Shown here: one piece after another, positions 22,482 through 36,106 of the stretch | Position numbering within the stretch: the first letter of the stretch is position 1 | How the letters are laid out: each line of letters starts with the position of its first letter | Source: Massalongia carnosa | Taxonomy: Eukaryota | Assembly: GCA_965645245.1 (NCBI GenBank) | Contig: OZ287088.1 | Location: 434,001 to 498,000, forward strand | DNA length: 64,000 nucleotides | Reading direction: 5' to 3' | Made by a program: the position numbers and the translations under genes | The notes under the pieces: generated by a model | Told to the model about the DNA's origin: nothing | The model's database searches: none | The model's input: the letters and a program-made list of their open reading frames with translations, nothing else

Positions 22482-22584
22482 TCAGCAGTGTAGTTTATCG
22501 ATAATCAGTTATTATAATAATTATAAAACCCTTCACCTTATAAAATCAGTTTTAGGGTTTTCTTCAATAAGTTATAGAAGAGAT

Positions 22585-22871
22585 TGTCAGGCCACGCACG
22601 TCCTGAAATAAGCGAATCGGTAGTTATAACCGATCTCCGATCTCCGACTAGGACACGGCTCGTGTTCGTATTCTTCTTTTCATTATACCAATCATAATCA
22701 CTGTAATTAAATCAACGGACTCGCGACCCGAAGAAGTGGGGCTATAGGATAAAGACCTGATCGCCCACTTCTTTCGAGGGGTCACTGATAATTTATTGAT
22801 TTACCACTCTCTATTCGTACATTCATCACGAATCCATATAGTAGTCACATTGTTAGACTTGACCCCTTACA
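22585..22871 (+). mobile_element. Gypsy-A-family LTR in inverted orientation, abutting truncated integrase
   Basis: Reverse complement of 27072-27359 with scattered substitutions. Confidence 0.9.
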
Positions 22872-25800
22872 GTCAATCGTCCAATTTTATCTAGGCCCTT
22901 TTGATACGGTTGATGACAACGAGTACACGTTTCCATATAATGCTTGATGTCCTTTACCATTTTGGGCCAATAATATTTCCTCTGGATCAATTCCAACGTT
23001 CTGGAATAACCAAAGTGGCCCGCATTAGGATCATCATAATTCTGCCGCAAAAGTTCAGCACTTAATAGACCAGGGGGAATATACTACCTATTGTCCCTGC
23101 ATAGGATATTATCCTTCATGTGCCATCGGGTTTTTTCTAGGTCTCTTTCGACTTCGCCCTCCGACTCCCGCCCGTCTCGGAGCTGAGAGCCTGACGAGTC
23201 TTCGTTACCCCCGATTTATCCCTCGACGCGTCATGTAGTCGTCAAATAGAATTCCGCCCCTCATCTATCGACGATGCGATGGAGGGCCGTTTCTTCTGCA
23301 CTAGTTGATCAGGCTCTTGCAGAACTTGTAAAACTGTGCGTAGTTCTATTGGGGCGGCCTCAAACGCCGAGTCTTTCTCAGAGACATTTTTATCTCTTTC
23401 CGAGAAATTTCATACTTCTCATCCGAAGTTTCCACGAGTTTGACTCCAACTGATTTTAAATTAATCAATTTCTCGTGTAACTGAGAGGTATCGGAACTAC
23501 TTCCTGATTTTTTCCCCTTAGTTCATCCAACAACCGCAAGAATTTCAGGAATTTCGACAATTTCTGCCGAATCAATTCCAATTCCTTCAGTAATTTATTG
23601 GGTCTGCGCAGTACTCCGACAATTTTTGTCGACAACGGGTGGACTTATCAAATTGCGATTTGCCCCGTCTGATAATTCATTTACAGTAGTTTCCCAATCC
23701 GTAGCATCGTCAGCTACTTGAGATTCATCATTCACAAGGGCTATTGTCCAATTTGACGTAATGAACTCCTCTATCCCACCCCGATTCCTCTCCGAGACCC
23801 CCCCGAATATTCCAGGAATTATAGCTCCGGCTTGATAAGACAAGTCGTGCCTTTCTTCCATATAATCCGGGCGTCTAGAGAGTCTATCGGCTGGATTATG
23901 ACGACCTGGACGATATTCAATGACGAGATCAAGACTAGAAAGTCTTTCCCACCATCTCGCCTCTCGTCTAGATAAATTTTTGGTAGTAAGAAAGGTACGA
24001 AGATTACAATGATCGGTTATTACCCGAATCCAATGTATCGCCCCCTCAAGATAATGTCTACACTCTTTACATGCTTCAACAATGGCCAACATTTCTGTTT
24101 CGCCAATACCGTAGTTTAATTCGGCTGCATGCATTTTTCTTTACCAAAAAGCAATAGGATGCCACTGTCCCGTCGATTTAACCAATTGTGATAAAATAGC
24201 TGAAATCGCGACTCCGGAGGCGTCCGTCTCTAATTGTATTTTCCGCTTAGGGTCAAAATGCAATAACATAGGAGCGGTGGTAAAAGCATGCTTGAGACGA
24301 CGAAATGATTTCTCTTGCTTCTTCGGTGAATGAGAATTTAATATCGAACTTTCCTTTCTTTCCCCCTTTTAGTAGCGTCGTTAAGGCGGCCACAATGCGC
24401 GAGAATTCGTTGATAAATCGCCTATAGAAATTTGCAAACCCGTGAAATACTTGAACATCTCGATAATTTTTGGGTTAAGGCCAATCTATAATCTTCGCCA
24501 CCCGAGACGAGTCCATAAATATACCATTCCGATTTACAATAAATCCCAGAAATTCAATTTCAGTCTGGTCAAGAGGCACTTGGATAATTTCACCTGTAGA
24601 CTGAATTTCCGTAATTTCTCCAGGACTAGTATGACATGAAATGTATAATCTTTCATCGATTTGGAAAATATCAAAATGTCATCCAAGTACACCACTACGA
24701 AGTTATCTAAACATTCCCGTAGGGCTTCATTTATGTTTGCCTGGAATGACTCAGGGGCGTTGACTAGTCCGAAAAGCATAACCCGGTATTTAAATTGACC
24801 GTACCTGCATCGAAAAGCCGTTTTCCATTCGTCACCGGCCCGTACCCGGATTTTATGATATGCATCCCGGATATCGAGTTTAGTGAAGTAGACGGCGCCA
24901 ACAAGAACATTTAATAGGTTTATGATCAAGGGTAAAGGATATCGATTTTTGATGGTAATAGCGTTTAGTCCCCGATAATCAACATATAGTCTCAGATTAC
25001 CATCCTTTTTCTTGACGAATAAAATAGGAGCACCGGCCGATGAGTGCTAGGAACTATAAATCCTTTGGCCAATTATTCGTTGAGGTACTCCCGTAATATT
25101 TGTAACTCGGTCAAGGATAAATTGTATATTGGGCCGAATGGAGGCTGTTTTCCTTCCGTATCGATAGCATAATCCTGAGGTCTATATTCAGGCAACTTCT
25201 GTGCATTGTCTTTCGAAAAGACGTCATGGAAATCTGAATATTTGGAAGGAATTTCTATATAACCTCCGTCACCGAACCGACTACGGTTCCTGCCCGATCG
25301 AGCTTCTCGATATCTAAAAGGAATGCTTGAACTCCATCTTTTTCACAAATGTCACAAAGTTTGTCCCTGCTCACCATCGCTACGTCCGCTTGACTACTGG
25401 TATTTTACTTCGGGGGGGGGGGGGGGGGGTAACCCCCCCGTCTACAGGCAATTCAGTCTCGAGAGGTAAAATCTCATGCAGACAAGCCCCATCGTCGCCA
25501 CTTTTGGTCCGACGAACATGGAACAATTTGCGCTCATGCCAGCGGATAACCGGGTCCACCCAATTTAACCAGGGTAGGCCTAGTATCATATCTACCCCGA
25601 ACATGTCAGCACCCACGAACTTATGTTCCGTTCGATCCTCAATACCCCTACTATGAACAACCCCAACTAGTAGGGAGTGATTCGATAGGTACGCAGAGGT
25701 GTTCCATCCAGAGTCTTTAAATCGGACGGCGGTGGCGAGTCGGGGGTGAATTGGATACCGAGTTCTTTGACCTTGAGTTGTGACACGAAATTCCATGTCG

Positions 25801-27359
25801 AGCCGCAGTCAATCTTGGCCCGAATTCGTAGTATGACTTGTCCTAGATATAAAGTTATCATAGTAAACAAGTGAGTTATTTTTTCACCTCTCTTTTGACG
25901 AGCCAACACAATCGAGGCAATATCGATTGACTCTAGGCTTTTCCCGCCTTCCTTGTTGGGGCTCGACAGTCAGATTTTTTATGACCCTTCTTACCACAAT
26001 TCCAACAAGTGATTTTTGGAGGGTCGGTGGTGTCTTCTCGGGGTCGTTTACGACTCGGGGAGTTAACGGCTGCTTGAGCGGTACTAGCCTTGGAAGTTTC
26101 GCTCGTCTTTGAACTCGAGGCCTTGTTGTAGGTCACGGTTCGTTGGTGACTCGGGGCCCTCTGCGGCCTTTCTTCGTTTGTAGATCGATAATGGGGACGA
26201 GTGGCGTTCCGAACGAAATCGGGTTTAGGTTCCACTCTTTCTGCTACTCGGGCCGCTTCAATTAATGCAAGTCGTGTTGTGCCCTGAGAATTAGCTCGAA
26301 TAGTAGCTCTCTGTAGATAATAATGAAGAGAATTTAGAAGATTATTATGTCTTTGTGATTCGGAAGGTATTTCTGGAAGTTGATCTTCCAGTATGTCGAG
26401 ATAAGAAACTAACTCCACTGTTTGTCCTGGTCGTTGTTTGAATTTCTTCAATTGTCCTCCGAGATCCAATAGACGAAGATGTTTTGATTTTAGCTTTTCC
26501 TGGAGAAAGTCAACAAAATATTTCCAGGCAAGAGAAGACTTCTCAAGTGTGGGCTTCTCTCTATGCCAGTCATCTGCTGGAGTTCCTCCAATACAATTCT
26601 CCTTATACAAGACCTTTGTTATGTTCTTTTCAGAGGTGATAGGTTTTTGATTGAAGGTACGAAGGCATTCTCTGATGAGTTGTTTGTAGTCCTTCTGCTT
26701 AGTTCCTGTATAGGTCTTTAGGTCAGCAGTCTTGAACGATTTTTCAAGACTCAATGGGTCGATTTCTTTCGGACGAATAGTCAACGTCGTCGGGAGGAGT
26801 TCGGCGGGGAATCCGGCGTCTCTGTCTGCTCTGGCTTTTTCTAGACTAGTAGTCAGCTGGACGCGTCGTCTTTGGGCGTTTATCTCGTCTAATTCACGTT
26901 GCATATCGTCCATGGAGGACAGAGGCGGGTTAGTCGTCCCGGAGTCGGGCGTGTTTTCCACTGTGGCCGACTCGTTGTTTCCAGAGGAATTACCTCTCAC
27001 CTCAGCTGAAGTCGCACGTCGGGGTGCCATAGTATCGTCGGGCTGTTACTAGGTAATAAGACTGATCAAAATGTAAGGGGTTAAGTCCAACAACGTGACT
27101 ACCATACGTATTCGTGATAAATGTACGAATAGAGAGTGGTAAATCAATAAATTGATCAGTTACCCCTCGAAAGAAGTGGGCGATCAGGTCTTTATCCTAT
27201 AATCCCACTTCTTCTTGTCGCGAGTCCGTTGATTTAACTACAGTGATTATGATTGGTATAATGAAAAGAAGAATACGAACACGAGCCGTGTCCTAGTCGG
27301 AGATCGGAGATCGATTATAACTACCGATTCGCTTATTTCAGGACGTGCGTGACCTGACA
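22872..27359 (-). mobile_element. Ty3/gypsy retrotransposon (Gypsy-A): 5' LTR 27072..27359, degenerate pol truncated in integrase
   Basis: gag with CCHC, protease IDCGS, RT YLDD, RNase H and integrase HHCC fragments. Confidence 0.92.
25933..27030 (-). CDS. Gypsy-A Gag (365 aa)
   Basis: Open ORF ending in the CWNCGKKGHKKSDC zinc knuckle; homologous to Gypsy-B gag. Confidence 0.85.
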   Translation of the reverse strand: MAPRRATSAEVRGNSSGNNESATVENTPDSGTTNPPLSSMDDMQRELDEINAQRRRVQLTTSLEKARADRDAGFPAELLPTTLTIRPKEIDPLSLEKSFKTADLKTYTGTKQKDYKQLIRECLRTFNQKPITSEKNITKVLYKENCIGGTPADDWHREKPTLEKSSLAWKYFVDFLQEKLKSKHLRLLDLGGQLKKFKQRPGQTVELVSYLDILEDQLPEIPSESQRHNNLLNSLHYYLQRATIRANSQGTTRLALIEAARVAERVEPKPDFVRNATRPHYRSTNEERPQRAPSHQRTVTYNKASSSKTSETSKASTAQAAVNSPSRKRPREDTTDPPKITCWNCGKKGHKKSDCRAPTRKAGKA

Positions 27360-28063
27360 CTAGCTGTGAATTCTATCGCTAATAAAGGGTCGAATGTACT
27401 ATAATAGTTAAAGATAAGAATCAACGAGATTTTAAGCGGCAACACATATGATTATGTTAACATCGATTCTTTTTGTATTCGTTTGATATAACATAATAAT
27501 AAATTAAGATAATAAACTAATACTTTCAAAAGTATAACGATAAACTGATATCTTACGTGAGTTTAATATCCTCGCTATAAAGTTGTTAACTGATATCCTA
27601 TAGAAAACTCATCTTCAGAATAATAAAAAGAAATAGTGTAGGACTACAACATATTATCTAGATATTAGTTAGGCGCTCTATACGTCGACCTAGATAGAAA
27701 TCTAATACAGACTATGTACGAAAACTAGTAAGATGAAGAAAGAAAGTTATGTACAGATCGCCGGTTAATAAACACTCATACCCGTGCTAAACCTAATGCA
27801 GGTTTTCTGAACCGTCGTTGAACTGCTCATATCACGAGTATTAATAATGTCACTTAAAGCAGTGCTAGTTCCGTTTTTGGTTAGATAAGGTGAATAGCAC
27901 TACGTCATATGCTGCCTGAGGTTAGAGCGTTGTAATCCGTGACACTTTACATTATTACTACGCATCTTTATCGATACGTTTTCATACTGACATCAATAAA
28001 AGACACGATATACGTAATCGTGAGAATTAATCGCTCAGTCGTAAAAGACGTAGAGTCTTTTAA

Positions 28064-28168
28064 CGTCGGGTTTTTCTTTTAAAACTCCACCCGGACACCA
28101 AAAATTATAGGGTTCGTCACAAACGGGTTGGATTATCAGAACAGAAACCCGACCCGTTGCGCAGCGAC
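28064..28168 (+). mobile_element. Partial copy of the 152-bp MITE
   Basis: Matches the 3' two-thirds of 53733-53884. Confidence 0.75.
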
Positions 28169-28647
28169 TGCATATGTTATCTTAAATGAGATATAATAAC
28201 TATTAAAATAAGAATATAACTATGACTATATAATAAAATAATAATTAGTATATGTATAACCGTGATATTAAGAATTAAGAGTACTGTTCAGCAGTCTTTA
28301 TTCTAATACTAGTTATCTTTTGCTAAACGAGATTATCTTAATCTTATCTTAAGACTAGATATAATGCGACTTCAACCTGGGTCGTTCTACCCCGCTGCCG
28401 CGGATTGCCCTATGACAATTAAAAATAACAAAGTAATCGTAAACATACAACGTCTTAAATCCGACAAGGCTCCGGGCCCTGACGGGATCACCAACAGAAT
28501 TCTCGAGGCATGCTCTATAAAGCTAGCAGAGCTTCTAACCCCTTTATTTCAGGCTTGCGTCACGCATGCGTATCATCCCCGCCAGTTTAAAAGAGCAAAC
28601 ACGATCGTGCTCAGAAAACCGGGAAAGAAAGACAATACCAGTATAAA

Positions 28648-31600
28648 TGTCAGGACAGCTTCCTACAAGACATGAAGCGGTCGCACACTTCTGCAGGGGT
28701 GCGCGGGAAGACACCCATGCGATAGTCTCAACCGGTCCAATCATGTAATAGTAATTAGTTTGACGAACGTGGCCTGATCAAGGTAGGGCTATAGGATAAA
28801 GAGCCCTTCGCCCACCTCATTCGGAGGGCCACTGATCAATCTATTGATTACACTCCACTTACTGCTATTCCATAGCAACTCCTATTCTATTGTTCTACTA
28901 CCACTGTAGAGCCATATAGTCACACTGTTCGTACTTCGCCTCATATATTGATCAGTCTTAAAACGAAGAACGGTCCGACTACGATATGGCACCACGAGGT
29001 CGTCCTGCTACATCTGCTAGAGGTAACCCCATTACCCAACCTGAAGGAACTGACGGTTCTTGTACAACTCGTACCTCTGGCGAGGGGCCTGGTAATGACC
29101 AGCGACTACCAACTATGGAAGAGATGCAACAAGAGTTGGATAATATCAACGACCAGCGCGCCCGAGCCCAATTGGCAACTAACCTCGAAAAGGCCAGGGC
29201 CGAACGAGACGCTGGTTTCCCAACAGAACCTCCTACTATGACAATACCCATCAGAGCAAAGGAAGTGGACCCTCTTAGTCTCGAAAAGTCCTTTAAAGTT
29301 GCTGACCCTAAGCTTTACACGGGTACTAATCAGAAGGACTATGAGACCTTTATTAGAGAATGTCAACGGACGTTCGAGACTAAACCCATCACTTACGCGA
29401 CTGACAGGGCAAAGATTCTCTATGCTGAGAACTTTATTGACGGCACCCCGGTGAATTACTGGCATCGCGAAAGAGCAACCCCAGACCAACCCTCCTATAC
29501 GTGGGAACATATGACTCACTTTTTACAGGAGAAACTCAAACCCAAACACCTCCGACTATTAGACATCGGCGGTCAATTAAAGAAGCTTAAACAACGTCCG
29601 GGTCAATCCGTCTCGAATTGGTTTCTTACTTAGAAACTCTCGAAGATCAACTACCGGAAAGGCCTTCGGAGTCACAAAAGCATAGTAACCTCTTACATTC
29701 CCTACATGACTACTTGCAACGAGCTATGATTCGTGCCAACTCACAAGGCAAGAATCGTGTAGAGTTGATCGAAGCCGCACGAGTAGCCGAGCGAGTGGAG
29801 CTGAAACCCGACATTCTTCACACCACCTCTACTAGAACACAATCTCGTTCTGAAAATGGAGAGAGATCCTCACGGCCGTCGTACGCCCGGCGATCCTCTA
29901 CCTATATGAGAACCACCTCTTCTAAACCCGATGAGCCCAAGAACGCTAACACGACACAGGCTGTTGTTACTCGGCCTAATTCCAAGAGGCCTCGTGAAGA
30001 AAACTACGACAACTCTGGAATTACATGCTGGAATTGTAACAAGAAAGGTCACAAACGCTCCGAGTGTAGAGCACCATCTCGAAGGTCGAGAAAAGCCTAG
30101 AGCCAATCGATGTTGCCTCGATTGTTTTGGCTCGCAGACAAAGAGGTGAAACGGTAAAACATCTATTTACTGTAGTGACATTATACATCGACAAGGTACT
30201 TCTGCAAATACGCGCCATGATCGACTGCGGTTCTACATGGAATTTTCTTTCCCAAATAAAGGTGAAGGAGGCTGCCTTACGAATCCTTGTCGAGTCCCCA
30301 CCGCCGTCGGAGTTTAAGACACTGGATGGAACGCCTCTACAAACTTATCATAATCACACTCAACAAGTTGGAGTCGTTGATGATAAGGTGTAGAGGTACG
30401 AGCGGATCCAACATTCGTGGGTGCTGACATGTTTGGCGTTGATATGATACTGGGAATGCCCTGGCTAGATCAGGTTGATCCGGTTATCCGCTGGCATGAG
30501 CGCAAATTGTTCCATATTCGTCCATCGGAAAACGAGGACGGTCAGGCGTGTCTGCATGAGGTCTATAACCTTGAGACTGGTGAGCCTGTAGTCGAGCGAA
30601 CACAAGTCCCTCGAAGTAATACTTCCAATAGTCATCCAGATATAGCGGGAGGGGACTCGCAGGGGATAAGTGTAATAGGGTAGGCCTAGTATGCGTTCGT
30701 TGAACGTAAGACTGGCCTATGTGGCTCTGTGGGATACGTACAGCCAAAACAACTACCAAGACAATAAGGTCCCGCCTAACCCAGTTCGGCATAGTGTGGG
30801 GACTTAACTTATTATGGAGGTGTTTTCGTAGTACACGAAGTATCCCCTCGCCTCGCCTCACCTCCCCTAGCTCACCTGCCTAGTCTTATCTACCCGTGTC
30901 TTTCGGTGTCCGAAGTATTTCGGAGTCCGAAAATACCAGGTAGTATGGGCAAGGTATGGAAGAAGAGCTTAGGTTATGGATTGTCCTATCCTATATAGAT
31001 CAATGATCAAGCACTTTAAAAGGGTAGCATTTAGTCTACCCTTTGACCCGACCCTACCTATTTTGTACCTCTATTGTGACCATCACGTTGTGTAGCCCCT
31101 GTGGATCCCATCTTCCAGTAGTGAATGCCTGCTAGGAGAAGGTCTCCCCGTTTCAATAAGAAGGCTGTGCGTAGAAGAGGGAATACAAGCATTTCTTCTT
31201 AATGTTCAAGATCTCGACCAAACGGGAACAGTAATTGGTTCTGTGACTGAAGTACCAACTGAAATCCCTTCCAAATATGCCGACCATAGTAATATGTTCT
31301 CCAAAGAGAAAGCACATAAACTACCGGAATATAGACCTCATGATCATGCGATTGAGACTGAAGGAAACATTCCCTTCGGGCCTATTTATAATTTATCGCT
31401 GACAGAATTAAATGCACTCCGTGAGTATTTGGACGAGCAATTAGCTAAAGGTTACATAGTTCCAAGCAAGTCCTCGGCTGGAGCACCAATATTATTCGCG
31501 AAGAAAAAAGATGGTGGCCTGCGACTATGCGTCGATTATCGAGGTCTTAATGCAGTAACGATCAAAAACAGTTATCCACTCCCATTAATTCAAGGATTAG

Positions 31601-34600
31601 TTGAAGTGTTGATAGGAGCGCTAATCTTTACCAAATTCGACATTCGGGACGCCTTCAACTCTATACGTATTAGAGCCAGCGACGAATGGAAGACCGCGTT
31701 CAGATGCAGGTACAGTCACTACGAGTATCTAGTAATGCCTTTTTGGGTTAGCGAATGCACCTGCCACGTTTCAGGCGTATATTCACGAAGCTCTAAGGGA
31801 ATACCTGGACGTATTCGTAGTAGTGTATCTGGACGATATTTTGGTGTTTTCTAAAAAAAATCGAAGAGCATGCAAATCACGTTCGAATAATACTCGAGAA
31901 GCTTCGGAAATATAATCTGCATGCGAAACTCTCCAAATGCCTTTTCGATAAGTCCGAGATTGAATACTTAGGATTTATTTTGACTCCAACGGGCATAAGA
32001 ATGGACCCCTCTCGCATAACGACGATAACAAACTGGCCAGAACCCAAAAATCATAGAGACGTGCAAGTCTTCTTGGGTTTTGCGAACTTCTATAGACGAT
32101 TTATAGACGGATTTTCGCGGATAGTAACTGCCCTTACTACCCTTTTCAAAGGAGGAAAAATGGGTAAATTCGACGGCCAGTTTACGTTCACAAAGGAAGC
32201 CAAGGAATCCTTCGAAAAATTAAAACTTGTTTTCACGACTGCTCCCATGCTATTGCACTTCGACCCGAAGAGGAAAATCCAATTAGAAACGGACGGCTCA
32301 GGAGTCGCGATTTCTGCAATTATATCACAGTTAGTCGAAGAAACCGGACGCTGGCATCCTATCGCCTTTTGGTCAAGGAAAATGGCCCCAGCTAAACTCA
32401 ATTATGGAGTGGGCGAAACTGAGATGTTAGCGATCGTCGAATCATGCAAGCAATGGCGACAGTATCTTGAAGGGGTAATGCATCCCATTCGTGTGATCAC
32501 CGATCACTGCAACCTTCGTACGTTTCTCACAACCAAGAATTTATCGCGAAGAGAAGCGCGATAGTGGGAGAGACTCTCTAGTCTCGACTTGGTAATTGAA
32601 TACCGACCAGGGCGCTATAATCCTGCGGACGGGCCTTCAAGGCATCCAGACTATGCTGGAAATGAACCCAACTTGTCTTATCAAGCCGGTGCAGTAGTTT
32701 CCAGTGAAGCAGGGGAGCCTCTGGGTATTCGACAGGGGACAGAGAAACTCGAAGAAAAGTTCGAGACGAAGAAGTGGGTTGTTGCGTCGATAACCGGCAT
32801 CCCTGTAACTGCTCCTAGGGGAAATGTTATGGAATGGGAGCCCACTGTTGATAGCACTATTGTGCATGGATTCATAGAACCTGAATCTGTTAACGGAACT
32901 GATTATGAATCAGGGGACTCTTCCGTTGATGAGACCGAAAATGGTCCAAGCGCGTGTTCCTTGCTGGCTACTGAAGGGACTGAGAATGAAACTCTCGAGG
33001 TTCTTGGAGCAGTAAGAAGGGTTAAGGAGAAGAGAAAGTCTTCACATAAACTGGACGAGGGAAAGGCCGATTCGAAGCCTACAGAGTTCCAACTCGTGGA
33101 GACATCCGAGAAGGAGTCTCGAATTTCTCTAGAACAATCAAAGGAAGTTTCAGAGAAGGACTCAGCCTTTACTGCTCCACCGCTCGAGTTACGCACCGTC
33201 CTTCTGGCACTGCAAGAGTCTGATCAACTCGCGCAGCAGAAACGGCCCCTTGCCGCTTCGTCGGCACAGTGGGAGCAACACAAGAGGGAGAGTTTGTATG
33301 GAACGCTGGAAGTCAACAAAGGTGTCCAAAGTCACTCGCAGGTAGATACCCTGGCATTGGAAGGGAAACCGTGGGGAGATAATAAAGACAAAGAAAACTT
33401 TTGGCATATAGAAGACGACCTTTTATGCAGAGAAAATAAATGGTACGTACCTTCAGGCATATTGAGAGAAGCGCTACTACGACAGAATCATGACGACCCC
33501 AATGCGGGCCACTTTGGAGTTAGGCGGACAGTGGAATTAATTCAAAGAAAATACTACTGGCCTAAAATGCGAAGAGACATCAAAAGTTATGTCGAAACCT
33601 GTACTCGTTGTCATCAGGTCAAGGCTCCAAGACATAAGCCTTACGGAGAATTGGTGTCGTTGCCAATCCCCCAAGGACCTAGACAAAATTGGACAATGGA
33701 CTTTATAACCGACCTTCCGCTAAGCATTCGGCGGGGGCAAGTTCATTACTCCATCCTGGTAACGATAGACAGGTATACGAAATTCTCTCGATACATACCC
33801 GCACGAAAGGACTGGGAAGCTGAGAACATGAGCGATGTCCTTGTCGAAGAAATATTTACCTAATTCGGTATGCCAGTGTCGATTGTAACAGATCGGGGAA
33901 GTCTTTTCACCTCCAAATTCTGGTCGCACTTCTGTTATCACCTCCGAGTACGGCTCAATTATAGCACAGCCTTCTATCCTCAAACCGATAGGCAGACGGA
34001 GAGACAAACCAAACCTTAGAACAGTACCTGAGGTGTTATGGGAACTATCAGCAAGATGACTGGTTATATTGGTTACCAATGGCTGAGTTTGCTTACAACA
34101 ATAGCTTACACAGCGTTATCAACATGACACCGTTCGAAGCAATGTTCGGGGAAGCCCAAGAGTGGGAAGATAGTATTCTCGAAGCAAGGGAGAGCGAGAC
34201 CCCAGTAGCTCGCCTTCGGGCGGTGAACATGCTGAAATAAAGAGAAAAGTTGCGGAAACTTCTCAATGAGGCTGTAAACTCTCAAGCTAAGTTCTATAAT
34301 GAAAACCATATGCCCAAGAAATATAAAGTAGGTGAGAAAGTCCTGCTGAGCGCTAAAAATATCAAGTCTACTAGGCCATCCAAGAAATTGGATTATAAAT
34401 ATTATGGACAATATGAGATAATAGATCTCGTGGGGAAGAATGCTTACCGCCTGCGACTGCCCAGCTTACTGAAGGGAGTACATAATGTATTTCATGTCTC
34501 CTTGTTAGAACCCTACATTATAGATCCAAAAAGAGGATCAGAAGAGCCTCCCGCAATAGAGATCGCGGGGGAAGAGCAATGAGAAGTAGAGAAAATCCTA

Positions 34601-36106
34601 GACAGTAGGATTCATTATGGTAAACTCTAATACTTAGTGAAATGGTTAGGCTACTCAGACACAGATAATCAATGGTTACCAGTCGAAGACATGGAAGGAT
34701 CTCAGTACCTGATTAGAATATATCATCAGCAATATCCAGCAAATCCTGATGATTCCCACGTCAAGAAAAGACGGAAGAGGAACAAGAAATAAGAGGGGAT
34801 AAAGATTGAAAATCTAGAATTTCATTCTATCTAACGGCCGTCGTATCTCTTGCTAACGCCCTGAAAAAAGCAAATCACTCCTCATTGACTTTGTAGCCAT
34901 CAAGGTCAATCCCCTCCCATTCTTCCCACGTATCCTCGTGAGGAGGGAAGGCAACACCGCGCGACCCGCGAGAGGCCGAAGAATGCCTGGTGGGGGGAGG
35001 AGCCACACGGGAAGGAGGCGCACGCACACCATCTCCTGAAGGCCCGCGATAGGCCGGCGAGCCCGAGGCGGAGCGAAGCCGAAGTTGACCCTCCCTCTAT
35101 ATAAAATCCGGACGAGCTCTCACCACCAGACGAACGCCCACTGGGTTACGAAAGACACAGAAGGCCGACCGGAACGGGAAGGAAGCGACCGCAGGGGCGG
35201 AGGAACCGGGGACGGAGGAGCCGAGGACGGAGACACAGAGGACGGCGCAGAGCGAGAAGAAATTGATATGGCCTCACCAACCGCAAGAGAACGAGCAGAA
35301 GACCGAGCAACAGAAGGGGAATCGCCAGGAACACGTACTTCCCTCAGACCAGAAGGCGGAAGACGTCATCCACTACAGCGAGGTTGTATGGAATCCCCGA
35401 GCTCATCAGGGGACAAAAAAGGGGCTGAAATAGCACGGTGTTCTGGAGTTTTGGGCATTATGATTGTGCTTGTAGAAGGGAAAAAGGAAAGAGAAAGATG
35501 GGGAGTCTTATGAGAAGTGGGGGATTATTCACACTTTCTTCACGAAACCTCACTGGAATTCACTACACTGGCCGATAACTCATCAGTTCTCTTGGAGATA
35601 TGACTCATACGACATGAATGGAGATTCTGGATGCAGAGCTTGAGTCGCATGTGCGAGACTCTGAAGGCAAAAGCATGAATCATGTTCGGAATGTCAAAGG
35701 ACTCATAACAGGGGACTCGATCGGGGTTAGGCTGAGGATGGATTGAGACTATACAAAACGCGACAGCAAGCTCATGAGGACATGAGCCCTAGGAGGAGGG
35801 TACTGTCAGGACAGCTTCCTACAAGACATGAAGCGGTCGCACACTTCTGCAGGGGGTGCGCGGGAAGACACCCATGCGATAGTCTCAACCGGTTCAATCA
35901 TGTAATAGTAATTAGTTTGACGAACGTGGCCTGATCAAGGTGGGGCTATAGGATAAAGAGCTCTTCGCCCACCTCATTCGGAGGGCCACTGATCAATCTA
36001 TTGATTACACTCTACCTACCTACTGCTATTCCATAGCGACTCCTATTCTATTGTCCTACTACCACTGTATAGCCATATAGTCATACTGTTCGTACTTCGC
36101 CTCACA
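28648..36106 (+). mobile_element. Full-length but inactivated chromovirus-type Ty3/gypsy (Gypsy-B); LTRs 28648..28945 and 35804..36106
   Basis: Paired LTRs, TSD ATAAA, PPT AGGAGGAGGG. gag-PR-RT-RH-IN and chromodomain (EVEKILDSR...YLVKWLGY), with stops and frameshifts. Confidence 0.95.
30671..31155. mobile_element. Solo LTR, family S5 (485 bp), in Gypsy-B pol
   Basis: TGTAA...TTTCA ends, TSD ATAAG; absent from the sibling Gypsy-A. Confidence 0.88.

Noticed and set aside
35085..35513. 142-aa plus-strand ORF and the many short ORFs overlapping TE genes
   Set aside because: Shadow frames of GC-rich or TE coding sequence with no independent support.
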